Below are positions 1 through 10,900 of a stretch of 64,000 nt of DNA, piece after piece (position 1 is the stretch's first letter; each line of letters opens with the position of its first letter). The position numbers and the translations under genes are program-made. The stretch covers positions 32,100 through 96,099 of the forward strand of contig CAKKRM010000001.1 of NCBI GenBank assembly GCA_919902735.1, written 5' to 3'. The notes under the pieces were generated by a model, which saw nothing but the letters and a program-made list of their open reading frames with translations, had not been told where the DNA came from and did no database searches. Source of the stretch: Anaerolineales bacterium. GTDB lineage: Bacteria > Chloroflexota > Anaerolineae > Anaerolineales > Villigracilaceae.

Positions 1-339
1 TTTAATGCCATTTTTTAAAGCCCAGGCAAAAGATGTCTCCATCAACTTATATCCAATCTTTTGATTTCTATAGTTTGGCAACAACCCAATTCCTAATTCT
101 CCAAAGTTCCTATCGATGTTACATTTTTCTGGAAATATACGGCACCATCCAATAACTACATCGTTTTCTTCTGCGACAAAAAGAGCATGCATTTGGCAAT
201 TCGAATTTGAAAAAGCATGAAGCCATTGATAAGTAGGAATAAAACTTTTTGCATCCATCCATTTGCTCTCGGCACACACCAAACCAATAACCATTTCAAT
301 TCTTGTTCTATCTTTTGGCGAATACAAACGACTTACCAT
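1..339 (-). CDS. GNAT-family N-acetyltransferase (C-terminal part lies beyond the window start)
   Basis: Not in the ORF track because it is open at the window edge. Hand translation of the minus strand from ATG 339..337 gives MVSRLYSPKDRTRIEMVIGLVCAESKWMDAKSF...ALFVAEENDVVIGWCRIFPEK...GELGIGLLPNYRNQKIGYKLMETSFAWALKNGIK with no stop through position 1. RNQKIGYKLM fits GNAT motif A (Q/R-x-x-G-x-G/A). The ATG overlaps the stop (335..333) of the upstream gene by 7 nt. Confidence 0.55.
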   Translation of the reverse strand, partial: MVSRLYSPKDRTRIEMVIGLVCAESKWMDAKSFIPTYQWLHAFSNSNCQMHALFVAEENDVVIGWCRIFPEKCNIDRNFGELGIGLLPNYRNQKIGYKLMETSFAWALKNGIK

Positions 340-3300
340 AAGAAATTTTCAGCAATAAGCTTCTCGAACGATCTTAGCCCCGCAGCATCAAAATAGTTAT
401 TATGGACCTCATGTGTCCCATCCAAAACCCATCCCATTTCATCAGGATTAAGTGGTCCCAAATATTTATAGATCATTTTTCGTCCTCCCAAAATATCTCT
501 AAAGTCTTTTCCATATTTCTCATTATACGCGACTGATAGTGTCCAGTTATACCCGACCACGTTCAATTGCTTCCTAACTTCATCAACATTGTCTTGCTGA
601 TTCGCCTGTTCATATTTACTAAAAGCCATTTTTCCCAGCAAAAGATATGTCTTGCCAAGCTGGACCCAAAACCAGGGTATAAGCCCTTCGGTACCTAACG
701 GAGGACGCTCTTTAGTGTACAGATATCGATCATCAATCATATCAAAAACAGTATCCACTACTTTTTGAGCTTCGTCAAAATCATTAATATAGTAGTACAT
801 CCATGCCAGGTTCACAAGCGCATCCACACCGCGATATGCAAATTCAACACCAGCACTCGTTACGGCCGACTCAAACGCATCCCTCCCTTTCGTAACAAGA
901 TCCGCCATTCGTGCCTTATCTGATTTCATTCGTCGAGCTGTCTCACGGTATACACAACCTAACTCAATATACGCCTCAGCCAATCTCATCGGTTCCTTCA
1001 CCCTGTCAGTGAAAATACCAACCGCCTCTTTCGCATACTGCTCTGCTAATTCCAGATTCTTAAGCGATTGCTCATCTGTCAGCAGATCTGCAACGTTGGT
1101 CATCCTCCGCAAGGCTTCCGCCAGCGCGTTACACGCCAGACCTATCCCGCGAGGCTGCTCCAAGTCTCGAAAAATGCCCAATGCCTGCTCACAACGAAAA
1201 CGAGCTCGCTCTGGCTGTCCATTTCGAGTTTCAATTAATCCAAATGTAGTAAGGCTCAATGCAATTGCATAACGATGTCCCAACTTGCGGCGCAAATCAA
1301 GTCCATCATCACAGTGAGACATTGCGGCTTGAAAATCACCGATTTCCGCCAATGACCAGGATAGATTGTTCAATGTGTTGGCATGCTCGGATTCAACACG
1401 AAGTTCCCGCCAAAGACGAATGTTCTTTCGATAATACTCAACAGCTTTTGCGAAATCCCCGCGGGAACGATACAAATATCCGGTTATATCCTGAGCATAA
1501 GCCATCAACAGCTTCAGCCGCCACTTATCGAACTCGGGTTCAAACTGATCGGAAAGATGATCCAGAGAGGACAGAACATCCTGCAAAATACTTTCTGCGC
1601 GTTCAAATTCCATACCGCTATAGATCAATGACCAGCTTTCCCAAACCTTCAAGCTAAGGGCAGCAAAGCTCCCCTCTTCCAACAGATCACTACACAGGTT
1701 TCGAAATTGTCCGATCTGTAACAAAGCCCTCTCATACTGTCCATTGGCAATGCTGTTCTTGATCCAGCGAACTCCAATATCTCCATCAATGTACTTTAGA
1801 GCCCCGAGTTCATTTACATCTTTTCTACGGGGTTTCGCAAATTTCAACAACTCATCCCGTAATAATAGCCAGAGATTTATGTCATTGCTTTGAAATGCTT
1901 CTTCTGCCGCCCTGGAATACTCCTGAATCCCTTTTATATAGTTTACCTGAAGGCAGTAGTATACATACTCCACTTGATAACTTTGCAACCGTGCCCGCGC
2001 TACTCGCAACTTTTGTTGTTCAGTTACCAACTGCGCCTTCTGAGCCTCGGCAATCTCCTTCAAAGAGCCTGAAGAGACAAGTCGATTTGTTGCTTTTTGT
2101 AAATCCCCGACAATACGGATCTGTTCCTTGATTTTCTCTTCGTAAAAGCGAACGATCAATTCGTAAGTCTGCTTCACGTTGTGTCTTTGCCTGCCGCTGC
2201 GATGAAGGGTTTGCATGAGACTGTACATCTCATCCTGCAGAAACACCAGGTGATCGATATCACGGATCTTGACGAAAGAAAGACGAAATTCCAGATCCCG
2301 CAGGGTATTAATATATCCTCTTGCCTGCTCAATTTCATCCTCTGTCGGTCGATCTCTCTTGAGGATCCAGGCCAGCAAATCCGCCCCCATTCCCTTCGGT
2401 GTCCATGCCAATGCTTGAATGACATCATCCAGAGGACGACGAATACCCTGAAAGCCATGAATAATAGCTTCCTTGAACTGTGTCTGTTCTCGCCGCAGCC
2501 CTATCTCAGAGTCGGCTTGTTGTTTAATAGTATCAAGCGGGGTACGGATTATTGGAAGTAGTTCCTCGGTCACAGCCAAATAATCTACAAACAAGGAAAG
2601 TAGGAATGGCTGTCCCTCGGATAGATAGTACACAACTTGCCTGATTGCTCGCGGAATTTTCTCCAACCGCTCAGCCACTTGAGGATTCTCAGTCTGTGAA
2701 ATTTCAACCACTGCATTGAAATAATCCAGTGTTTCTGGCTCTGAGAATGTCGGTAATTTTATGAGGGTGAACTTTATTTCTTTGGCTTCTTCCAGCTTGC
2801 GCAGTTCATCTTCAAGCTGGGGTGACTCTGGACGACCTGCGATCAAGACAACCGCATTAGAAATTTTGGGAAGAAAGCTCTTCACCATCCATCCTGCCAC
2901 CCCGATCGGTTCATCCGCAAGCCCTAATGCATCCTGCACTCGATCAATTTCGTACACCAAATTCTCAACAGTATCAAAGGCCAGCACAATTTTGTCATAA
3001 CTTTTCCCAATATCATTAAAGTCACTTATGAAGGCTTCAATCATTCTTGCACGCTGCTGGGTAACCGCCCGTAGGATTTGTGAAAGATCATATTTAACAT
3101 GATCCAACTCAGTATATTGTCTAACATAATTGCTGAAGTTGTCGTCGTGATGATCCAGCACTTCGACAATATCTGCAATTACTCCCTCTTCATTATGGGT
3201 ATATGTATGATACAGATCCACAAGCCGGGATGCGGAAAGGATTTTTGATGAGGACCATGCCCCTTTCTCATCAACCTTCAATTTCTTCAACACATCATCC

Positions 3301-3458
3301 AGCAGGCGAGTCTTTCCCCAGCCACCAGGAGCAGTGATATAGAACACATGCGGTTTATCCGATTTACTATTTATGGCGTCATGGATATCTTTGAGTATAT
3401 CCTCACGCCCAATCAATTCAGGAGTGGCACGAACACTGGTGTATTGTTCTATTATCAT
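333..3458 (-). CDS. STAND-type P-loop NTPase with C-terminal TPR-like repeat array, copy 1 (1041 aa)
   Basis: Walker A ITAPGGWGKTRLL near residue 45, Walker B-like KIVLAFDTVENL, then VVLIAGRP. The C-terminal ~450 aa consist of TPR-like helical repeats (AKAVEYYRKNIRLWRELR; NTLNNLSWSLAEIGDFQAAMSHCDDGLDLRRKLG; GLACNALAEALRRM). No effector domain precedes the P-loop. TGAaatATG junction with the upstream gene, and an AAGGA SD lies inside that gene. Confidence 0.85.
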   Translation of the reverse strand: MIIEQYTSVRATPELIGREDILKDIHDAINSKSDKPHVFYITAPGGWGKTRLLDDVLKKLKVDEKGAWSSSKILSASRLVDLYHTYTHNEEGVIADIVEVLDHHDDNFSNYVRQYTELDHVKYDLSQILRAVTQQRARMIEAFISDFNDIGKSYDKIVLAFDTVENLVYEIDRVQDALGLADEPIGVAGWMVKSFLPKISNAVVLIAGRPESPQLEDELRKLEEAKEIKFTLIKLPTFSEPETLDYFNAVVEISQTENPQVAERLEKIPRAIRQVVYYLSEGQPFLLSLFVDYLAVTEELLPIIRTPLDTIKQQADSEIGLRREQTQFKEAIIHGFQGIRRPLDDVIQALAWTPKGMGADLLAWILKRDRPTEDEIEQARGYINTLRDLEFRLSFVKIRDIDHLVFLQDEMYSLMQTLHRSGRQRHNVKQTYELIVRFYEEKIKEQIRIVGDLQKATNRLVSSGSLKEIAEAQKAQLVTEQQKLRVARARLQSYQVEYVYYCLQVNYIKGIQEYSRAAEEAFQSNDINLWLLLRDELLKFAKPRRKDVNELGALKYIDGDIGVRWIKNSIANGQYERALLQIGQFRNLCSDLLEEGSFAALSLKVWESWSLIYSGMEFERAESILQDVLSSLDHLSDQFEPEFDKWRLKLLMAYAQDITGYLYRSRGDFAKAVEYYRKNIRLWRELRVESEHANTLNNLSWSLAEIGDFQAAMSHCDDGLDLRRKLGHRYAIALSLTTFGLIETRNGQPERARFRCEQALGIFRDLEQPRGIGLACNALAEALRRMTNVADLLTDEQSLKNLELAEQYAKEAVGIFTDRVKEPMRLAEAYIELGCVYRETARRMKSDKARMADLVTKGRDAFESAVTSAGVEFAYRGVDALVNLAWMYYYINDFDEAQKVVDTVFDMIDDRYLYTKERPPLGTEGLIPWFWVQLGKTYLLLGKMAFSKYEQANQQDNVDEVRKQLNVVGYNWTLSVAYNEKYGKDFRDILGGRKMIYKYLGPLNPDEMGWVLDGTHEVHNNYFDAAGLRSFEKLIAENFLW

Positions 3459-4033
3459 ATTTCAGTCCTTCGCTTCACAGTCCGCAGGGTCAAATCCGGC
3501 CTGTTCCAATTTGGCTCTGTGATACGCTGCTTTATTCCGAAAGATATCCGAGTCGTATTCATCTGCCCAGCCTGTATACATTTTCATTGCAGTGCAGTGC
3601 AAGGTATGCCGCAATTCATTATCTCGAATCTGTATTTCTTGTTCAAGGGTAGTTCTGGTTTGTTCTTCAATTGCATAAGCATTCTTGCTCATGTCCCAAG
3701 CTATCAATTTTCCCGGACCGATTTGGATGTTGGTCAAAATCGAAAAGAGGGAAATACTTCGCTTCACATCCCAATTTCCACTTAAATTCTTGTGAGCTGC
3801 AAGTAAAAAAGGTACTTCATATTCCTTATCAAAATCCGGCAAGACACAAAGTGCTTCCAAAGCAGGCAACAACTCGGCAGCGAGGTTTGCTGGCAAGCCT
3901 GTGCCTGCCTTACCTATAGCTTCATAAAATTCACGGTTACAGGCCCGGATCGCATCAAGTTCAACAATTTCAGGCGGATTACCTCTGGCTTGATCTAGGA
4001 TATTCTTATTTATCCCTGGTGAGCCACCACTTA
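418..4033. repeat. 3,616-bp perfect direct repeat, copy 1
   Basis: Identical to 8058..11673 (offset 7,640). Supporting observations are identical main-frame proteins, identical shadow ORFs in other frames (e.g. 1009..1272 = 8649..8912; 3348..3785 = 10988..11425) and line-by-line spot checks. Identity begins at 418/8058; the first mismatch is at 4034/11674; similarity decays after 4065/11705. Confidence 0.9.
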
Positions 4034-4709
4034 TTTCAAAAATCTGATCTGTAAGATGTTTAGCAGCGGGGTTTTCATTTAAAACCTGAAGTTCAGTATG
4101 TTCATGATTAAATGCGCCAAGGTTTCTTATATTATCGGCTGTTGGTCGCAAATCAAAGTTTTTCCAACCAGTAACTATCGAACGACCCGTTAAGAAAAAA
4201 ATAGATTTTGGAAAATTCAACCAAAGTGCCAACATATAATCTTCCAATGCCTCCACCATATCCCTCTTAAGTATATCAACTTCATCAATCAAAAAAACAA
4301 CAGCCTTATCTCTCTGCAATGTTTCAATATTCCCTTGCAATCTACTTGCGTATTGTGCAACAGCTTCAATAGTTATATCGTCATTATCCAAAGGCTGGAC
4401 TCCTAGATGCGTATCAATCTGTAATTCGAACGCTCTAAAAACTCTTTCTACAAACATCTCAACTGGTAATGTTGCATAATCAAGAAATGAAATATTAAAT
4501 GAACAGGATGTCGGCAATTCATGGGTTAGGCAATATTCATATCTCCGCAAGAGACTAGTCTTCCCGATTGAAGCCATTCCAACAAGGTGAAATACTCGCT
4601 TACTAGCATCAATTTTTTCTGATTTTAAAACAGATAATACGAGGCTTTTTAAAAACTCAACATCTTCTTCCCGATCAATAAAACGAGGAAGTTCAAAGGG
4701 CAACATCAT
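3462..4709 (-). CDS. P-loop ATPase, 415 aa, copy 1 (mosaic paralog of 11102..12349)
   Basis: Walker A LVGMASIGKTSLL, Walker B VVFLIDEVD, FFLTGRS. The C-terminal helical half (SGGSPGINKNILDQARGNPPE...) is identical to the paralog. GGGAGG SD before ATGATG. Confidence 0.8.
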   Translation of the reverse strand: MMLPFELPRFIDREEDVEFLKSLVLSVLKSEKIDASKRVFHLVGMASIGKTSLLRRYEYCLTHELPTSCSFNISFLDYATLPVEMFVERVFRAFELQIDTHLGVQPLDNDDITIEAVAQYASRLQGNIETLQRDKAVVFLIDEVDILKRDMVEALEDYMLALWLNFPKSIFFLTGRSIVTGWKNFDLRPTADNIRNLGAFNHEHTELQVLNENPAAKHLTDQIFEISGGSPGINKNILDQARGNPPEIVELDAIRACNREFYEAIGKAGTGLPANLAAELLPALEALCVLPDFDKEYEVPFLLAAHKNLSGNWDVKRSISLFSILTNIQIGPGKLIAWDMSKNAYAIEEQTRTTLEQEIQIRDNELRHTLHCTAMKMYTGWADEYDSDIFRNKAAYHRAKLEQAGFDPADCEAKD

Positions 4710-4802
4710 CTAATACCTCCCAAAGAATAGCATTGAATTCAGTATCATTGTCATCACCTTTGATACAAGAATTTTTGGCGCCCCCTAGATTTCAATGCTA
4801 GG

Positions 4803-6128
4803 TCAGGCGTGACGCGGTTTTAGGGATCGCTCCTTGCGAATCCAATCAACTGCCGCCGCCATATCCTTGGGAGTAAGCTTCTCTTGCACTTCATTTTGAA
4901 CGTGATATACGAATAGTCTATCGACCGTCTTGATCAAATCCCTGGGGTTGGGATTACCAAGCTTTACGATCTCTTGTGCCAACACTTCCTCTGGTGACTG
5001 TTTTGCGCCACGTAAGGGAAGAGAACTGATGGCACGCAGGCTACTGTATTTACCGCCGCTTGCTTCCTGTAGACGTTGCTGAACGACTTCGCCGAGCGCA
5101 TCTGCATCCCATGTAATTGTAGTAACTTCGCTCTTAGAAGTCAATAGAAATTGGAGTTCATCTTGCATTTCAATAGGGAGAAAATATTTCGTAAATATTT
5201 TATTTTCCCGCCATTCATTGTTCTTTTCAAGCAGCCATGATATCGCTTCGACCCCTTTTTTCGCATCTTCTCCGGTCTCCACGTAGCCATCAACACCGTC
5301 AATTAGAATATAAATGGCTTCGTACCCAAGTTTTTCAAGAATAAGTCCTACAATTTTCTCAAATCGTTGCCTAGGCTCAAGCTTTGCAACGGCCGGGTTT
5401 CTGAACTTATTGAGCTGCTCTACCAATAAAATAATATCTTTTTTACTAGGCGGGTTAGGTAATAGGCCAGCGGTTTTGTCAAAAGAATCAAGCAAAGGTT
5501 TTACACTACCTTTATCAACCATTTGCTGAAGATAATCCACAGGAGAGTTGAAATCAAAAATTTGGCAAATTTCCATCAACAAATTCTTATCTTTTATTAT
5601 TGAGGTAGCATGATAAACGAGATATAGCAATAATTCCCGATCAGCAGATTTAGCGAGTCGTTTATAGTGTAAATTAAGACCCAAATTACTATTTTTAACG
5701 GATTCGGGATTAGGCAAATTATAAATAATGGGAAATATTTTCCTCCCATTCTTCCCTACTCGGCAATCCCGTGCTAGTCTTACTCGAAACGCGCTTTTTC
5801 CACTTCCAGGAGGGGCAAACACAAATGATGTAACATCTCCACTTATAGATTTATACTGGTCGTGGTCAACCAAATAGAAGGGAATAAAAGGGTCCTCGCT
5901 AGCATCCAAAGTAGCAAACGGATTTATTTTAAGTCCCACACTATTTAACCATTCTAAGGTGTTTTTATTCATATTCTTATTTGGGGTTATGACAATTGGA
6001 TTTGTGTCAGGAGCCACAACATGGGAATGTGGCGAAGACCTATAATCCGCATCCACAGCTACCTTTGCGGCTTTTATAGCATTCCATAACATGGATGTTG
6101 TTCCAGTTACAACTTCTTCAAATGACAT
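4803..6128 (-). CDS. NACHT/STAND-like P-loop NTPase, 441 aa
   Basis: Walker A FAPPGSGKSAF. Walker B of the NACHT style hhhhDGhD: IYILIDGVDGYVE. An NPF..ASEDP segment lies ~25 aa before the P-loop, shared with the proteins at 6510..7901 and 12346..14841. Confidence 0.8.
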   Translation of the reverse strand: MSFEEVVTGTTSMLWNAIKAAKVAVDADYRSSPHSHVVAPDTNPIVITPNKNMNKNTLEWLNSVGLKINPFATLDASEDPFIPFYLVDHDQYKSISGDVTSFVFAPPGSGKSAFRVRLARDCRVGKNGRKIFPIIYNLPNPESVKNSNLGLNLHYKRLAKSADRELLLYLVYHATSIIKDKNLLMEICQIFDFNSPVDYLQQMVDKGSVKPLLDSFDKTAGLLPNPPSKKDIILLVEQLNKFRNPAVAKLEPRQRFEKIVGLILEKLGYEAIYILIDGVDGYVETGEDAKKGVEAISWLLEKNNEWRENKIFTKYFLPIEMQDELQFLLTSKSEVTTITWDADALGEVVQQRLQEASGGKYSSLRAISSLPLRGAKQSPEEVLAQEIVKLGNPNPRDLIKTVDRLFVYHVQNEVQEKLTPKDMAAAVDWIRKERSLKPRHA

Positions 6129-6509
6129 AACCTCAACCTTTTATCCTTTATTACAAAACATATTTTCAAAAGGGTCACTCTTCCTGCGATGTATGCGCCA
6201 CTTGCAAAAATAAATACGAAGGAAGGGGACACCTTGATACGCAACAAGTACCCAATAAAACAGCAAAGTAATTTAAAGTAACTTCTACTTACCCAAATTG
6301 TCGTTTATTGAGACGAAAAGTTACGCAAAATATTTACTGATCATAAATACAGAATAAGAGATTCAAAAGTAAAAATAGACAACTAATTAAATCCCAACTG
6401 TCTATTGACATCTAGGAAGTCTGTCTATACTACCTATATTATTGGATAAAAAAGCAACAGTAACATGGTAAATTTCTTGTTTGAATCTAACAAAAAACTG
6501 ACAAGACCA

Positions 6510-7901
6510 TTATTGAAAAGCCTGAGTTGACAATCGTATCCCCATGTCCCTCTTGCTTGTAACAAAAACGGGCTCTTTATCTTTCGGATTTGGCTCAACT
6601 ATCTGTCGAATACGATAAATTACTGTATTGATCAGATCATCATATTCCTTGGAAAGAGTGAATTGTTCGCCAAAATCTTTAATTTTATCTTCAGGTACAG
6701 CGAATGGTACATAGGCTTTATAGTAAAGTTCTTTTTTAGTACAGTATCTACCTTGATTTTTATAAAGATAGGAAAATATTGCCCCAACTTCTGCCGAGAG
6801 CATCTTAACCGCTCCCATTCCAACCCTAATCTGGTTCGTCTCAGGATCAAATTTCAGGTTCAAAGATGAACGGCTTCTTGCGTTCTTCCATTCTGCTTTC
6901 GACAGTCTACGTGATTTCCCGCTTGATACTATATCCCAATACGTGGAGACAAGTGGGCGGAAATATTCAAGCCAGCCGCGCGGATTCGACCCTCCGCAAA
7001 CCATAAGCCAAGAGTTGACCTCTTCTGTATTATATATATCACCAATAGACACCACGTCGCCAACAGTGACTGCCAAACGACGTTCAATGATGGAAGACAA
7101 GTACTTTTCATCCCATGACAAGCGAAAAACCATTGCTCTGTCGCGAGTTATGGCAATTGCATCCGCCAATTCCGCTTCAAACTCCATAGGGAGCGCCATT
7201 TTGAATGACAGGTAGGGAATATTAAACATCTTTAGAGTCGAAAGAAGCGAACGAAGAGAATTGACTGCGCTCTTTCTCTGATTTTCAGTAACCCACTCCA
7301 CTCCATCTACCATGATCCAAACACTTGCAAAACCAATCATCTCCATAGCCTTTGTAAACTCGGTGGCAACTACCATCGGATCGAAATCATCCTCAAACAG
7401 ATCATGAGGGAAGCGCTCATTTAATTCATTAAATTGATCTTTTTCTTTTTTGGATAATGCTGATGGCAAAGTCTCAAGAAAATCCTTTTTATCTGCAAAG
7501 CGTTTTACAAACCAAACAAGATACTCCTGAGTAGCAGGAGCGGCTTTGAAGAGTAGGGATGGCTCTTTCGATAGTTTTTCGCCGAATATCCTGACGCATG
7601 AACACAATATATCCAACAGCTGATCCATTGCTAAAGAAGTACTTGGCGCCTTCACCTTTTCTGATGTTACTGGGTGCCAACGTACGATCAATCGCTTTGT
7701 ATTAGTAATGCCATATTGTTCCAGTGCAAGGCAGCTGGCGGTTTTTCCTGATCCAGGTTCGCCAAAAATAACCGTGGAATGATCTCCCTTGAGAAACTCA
7801 AAATCAGGGGGAGGTACAAACGCACGTTGGATCAACCAAGGTTCGGTCTCGGCCTTTTTTGTACTAAAAGCTGACAAACCTAGTTTTTCGATACTTGGCA
7901 T
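6510..7901 (-). CDS. NACHT/STAND-like P-loop NTPase fused to a C-terminal OmpR/PhoB-type winged-helix domain, 463 aa
   Basis: Walker A IFGEPGSGKTAS, Walker B VWIMVDGVEWV. The C-terminus (...YLYKNQGRYCTKKELYYKAY...LINTVIYRIRQIVEPNPKDKEPVFVTSKRDMGIRLS) matches the Trans_reg_C pattern (recognition helix I..LR.K.. then TVRG.GY.L-like wing). Confidence 0.8.
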   Translation of the reverse strand: MPSIEKLGLSAFSTKKAETEPWLIQRAFVPPPDFEFLKGDHSTVIFGEPGSGKTASCLALEQYGITNTKRLIVRWHPVTSEKVKAPSTSLAMDQLLDILCSCVRIFGEKLSKEPSLLFKAAPATQEYLVWFVKRFADKKDFLETLPSALSKKEKDQFNELNERFPHDLFEDDFDPMVVATEFTKAMEMIGFASVWIMVDGVEWVTENQRKSAVNSLRSLLSTLKMFNIPYLSFKMALPMEFEAELADAIAITRDRAMVFRLSWDEKYLSSIIERRLAVTVGDVVSIGDIYNTEEVNSWLMVCGGSNPRGWLEYFRPLVSTYWDIVSSGKSRRLSKAEWKNARSRSSLNLKFDPETNQIRVGMGAVKMLSAEVGAIFSYLYKNQGRYCTKKELYYKAYVPFAVPEDKIKDFGEQFTLSKEYDDLINTVIYRIRQIVEPNPKDKEPVFVTSKRDMGIRLSTQAFQ

Positions 7902-7969
7902 TGTTCCTTCACTTTTATTGATTCTAAAAGAGGCAAATCTTAGTTGAAGTCGCGTTGATTAAAAAATAA

Positions 7970-10900
7970 TTAAAACAATCCAAAGTGTTCATTTACAGAT
8001 GTCTCAAAAGTCTTTAAAGCCACTTCATTATAATAACTATTATAAGCGGAATACACACCATCCAAAACCCATCCCATTTCATCAGGATTAAGTGGTCCCA
8101 AATATTTATAGATCATTTTTCGTCCTCCCAAAATATCTCTAAAGTCTTTTCCATATTTCTCATTATACGCGACTGATAGTGTCCAGTTATACCCGACCAC
8201 GTTCAATTGCTTCCTAACTTCATCAACATTGTCTTGCTGATTCGCCTGTTCATATTTACTAAAAGCCATTTTTCCCAGCAAAAGATATGTCTTGCCAAGC
8301 TGGACCCAAAACCAGGGTATAAGCCCTTCGGTACCTAACGGAGGACGCTCTTTAGTGTACAGATATCGATCATCAATCATATCAAAAACAGTATCCACTA
8401 CTTTTTGAGCTTCGTCAAAATCATTAATATAGTAGTACATCCATGCCAGGTTCACAAGCGCATCCACACCGCGATATGCAAATTCAACACCAGCACTCGT
8501 TACGGCCGACTCAAACGCATCCCTCCCTTTCGTAACAAGATCCGCCATTCGTGCCTTATCTGATTTCATTCGTCGAGCTGTCTCACGGTATACACAACCT
8601 AACTCAATATACGCCTCAGCCAATCTCATCGGTTCCTTCACCCTGTCAGTGAAAATACCAACCGCCTCTTTCGCATACTGCTCTGCTAATTCCAGATTCT
8701 TAAGCGATTGCTCATCTGTCAGCAGATCTGCAACGTTGGTCATCCTCCGCAAGGCTTCCGCCAGCGCGTTACACGCCAGACCTATCCCGCGAGGCTGCTC
8801 CAAGTCTCGAAAAATGCCCAATGCCTGCTCACAACGAAAACGAGCTCGCTCTGGCTGTCCATTTCGAGTTTCAATTAATCCAAATGTAGTAAGGCTCAAT
8901 GCAATTGCATAACGATGTCCCAACTTGCGGCGCAAATCAAGTCCATCATCACAGTGAGACATTGCGGCTTGAAAATCACCGATTTCCGCCAATGACCAGG
9001 ATAGATTGTTCAATGTGTTGGCATGCTCGGATTCAACACGAAGTTCCCGCCAAAGACGAATGTTCTTTCGATAATACTCAACAGCTTTTGCGAAATCCCC
9101 GCGGGAACGATACAAATATCCGGTTATATCCTGAGCATAAGCCATCAACAGCTTCAGCCGCCACTTATCGAACTCGGGTTCAAACTGATCGGAAAGATGA
9201 TCCAGAGAGGACAGAACATCCTGCAAAATACTTTCTGCGCGTTCAAATTCCATACCGCTATAGATCAATGACCAGCTTTCCCAAACCTTCAAGCTAAGGG
9301 CAGCAAAGCTCCCCTCTTCCAACAGATCACTACACAGGTTTCGAAATTGTCCGATCTGTAACAAAGCCCTCTCATACTGTCCATTGGCAATGCTGTTCTT
9401 GATCCAGCGAACTCCAATATCTCCATCAATGTACTTTAGAGCCCCGAGTTCATTTACATCTTTTCTACGGGGTTTCGCAAATTTCAACAACTCATCCCGT
9501 AATAATAGCCAGAGATTTATGTCATTGCTTTGAAATGCTTCTTCTGCCGCCCTGGAATACTCCTGAATCCCTTTTATATAGTTTACCTGAAGGCAGTAGT
9601 ATACATACTCCACTTGATAACTTTGCAACCGTGCCCGCGCTACTCGCAACTTTTGTTGTTCAGTTACCAACTGCGCCTTCTGAGCCTCGGCAATCTCCTT
9701 CAAAGAGCCTGAAGAGACAAGTCGATTTGTTGCTTTTTGTAAATCCCCGACAATACGGATCTGTTCCTTGATTTTCTCTTCGTAAAAGCGAACGATCAAT
9801 TCGTAAGTCTGCTTCACGTTGTGTCTTTGCCTGCCGCTGCGATGAAGGGTTTGCATGAGACTGTACATCTCATCCTGCAGAAACACCAGGTGATCGATAT
9901 CACGGATCTTGACGAAAGAAAGACGAAATTCCAGATCCCGCAGGGTATTAATATATCCTCTTGCCTGCTCAATTTCATCCTCTGTCGGTCGATCTCTCTT
10001 GAGGATCCAGGCCAGCAAATCCGCCCCCATTCCCTTCGGTGTCCATGCCAATGCTTGAATGACATCATCCAGAGGACGACGAATACCCTGAAAGCCATGA
10101 ATAATAGCTTCCTTGAACTGTGTCTGTTCTCGCCGCAGCCCTATCTCAGAGTCGGCTTGTTGTTTAATAGTATCAAGCGGGGTACGGATTATTGGAAGTA
10201 GTTCCTCGGTCACAGCCAAATAATCTACAAACAAGGAAAGTAGGAATGGCTGTCCCTCGGATAGATAGTACACAACTTGCCTGATTGCTCGCGGAATTTT
10301 CTCCAACCGCTCAGCCACTTGAGGATTCTCAGTCTGTGAAATTTCAACCACTGCATTGAAATAATCCAGTGTTTCTGGCTCTGAGAATGTCGGTAATTTT
10401 ATGAGGGTGAACTTTATTTCTTTGGCTTCTTCCAGCTTGCGCAGTTCATCTTCAAGCTGGGGTGACTCTGGACGACCTGCGATCAAGACAACCGCATTAG
10501 AAATTTTGGGAAGAAAGCTCTTCACCATCCATCCTGCCACCCCGATCGGTTCATCCGCAAGCCCTAATGCATCCTGCACTCGATCAATTTCGTACACCAA
10601 ATTCTCAACAGTATCAAAGGCCAGCACAATTTTGTCATAACTTTTCCCAATATCATTAAAGTCACTTATGAAGGCTTCAATCATTCTTGCACGCTGCTGG
10701 GTAACCGCCCGTAGGATTTGTGAAAGATCATATTTAACATGATCCAACTCAGTATATTGTCTAACATAATTGCTGAAGTTGTCGTCGTGATGATCCAGCA
10801 CTTCGACAATATCTGCAATTACTCCCTCTTCATTATGGGTATATGTATGATACAGATCCACAAGCCGGGATGCGGAAAGGATTTTTGATGAGGACCATGC

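Noticed and set aside
1009-3000. Multiple plus-strand ORFs (1009..1272, 1259..1657, 1383..1631, 1890..2131, 2181..2561, 2761..3000) and their exact twins at 8649..10640
   Set aside because: All are antisense shadows inside the long TPR-NTPase genes, with low-complexity or odd composition and no SD. They appear twice only because the DNA itself is duplicated.
6398-6428. Direct repeat CTGTCTAT at 6398 and 6421 as a possible OmpR-type binding site for the wHTH-NTPase
   Set aside because: An 8-mer recurring within 30 bp in a 380-bp AT-rich spacer is plausible by chance, and there is no supporting third copy or conservation.
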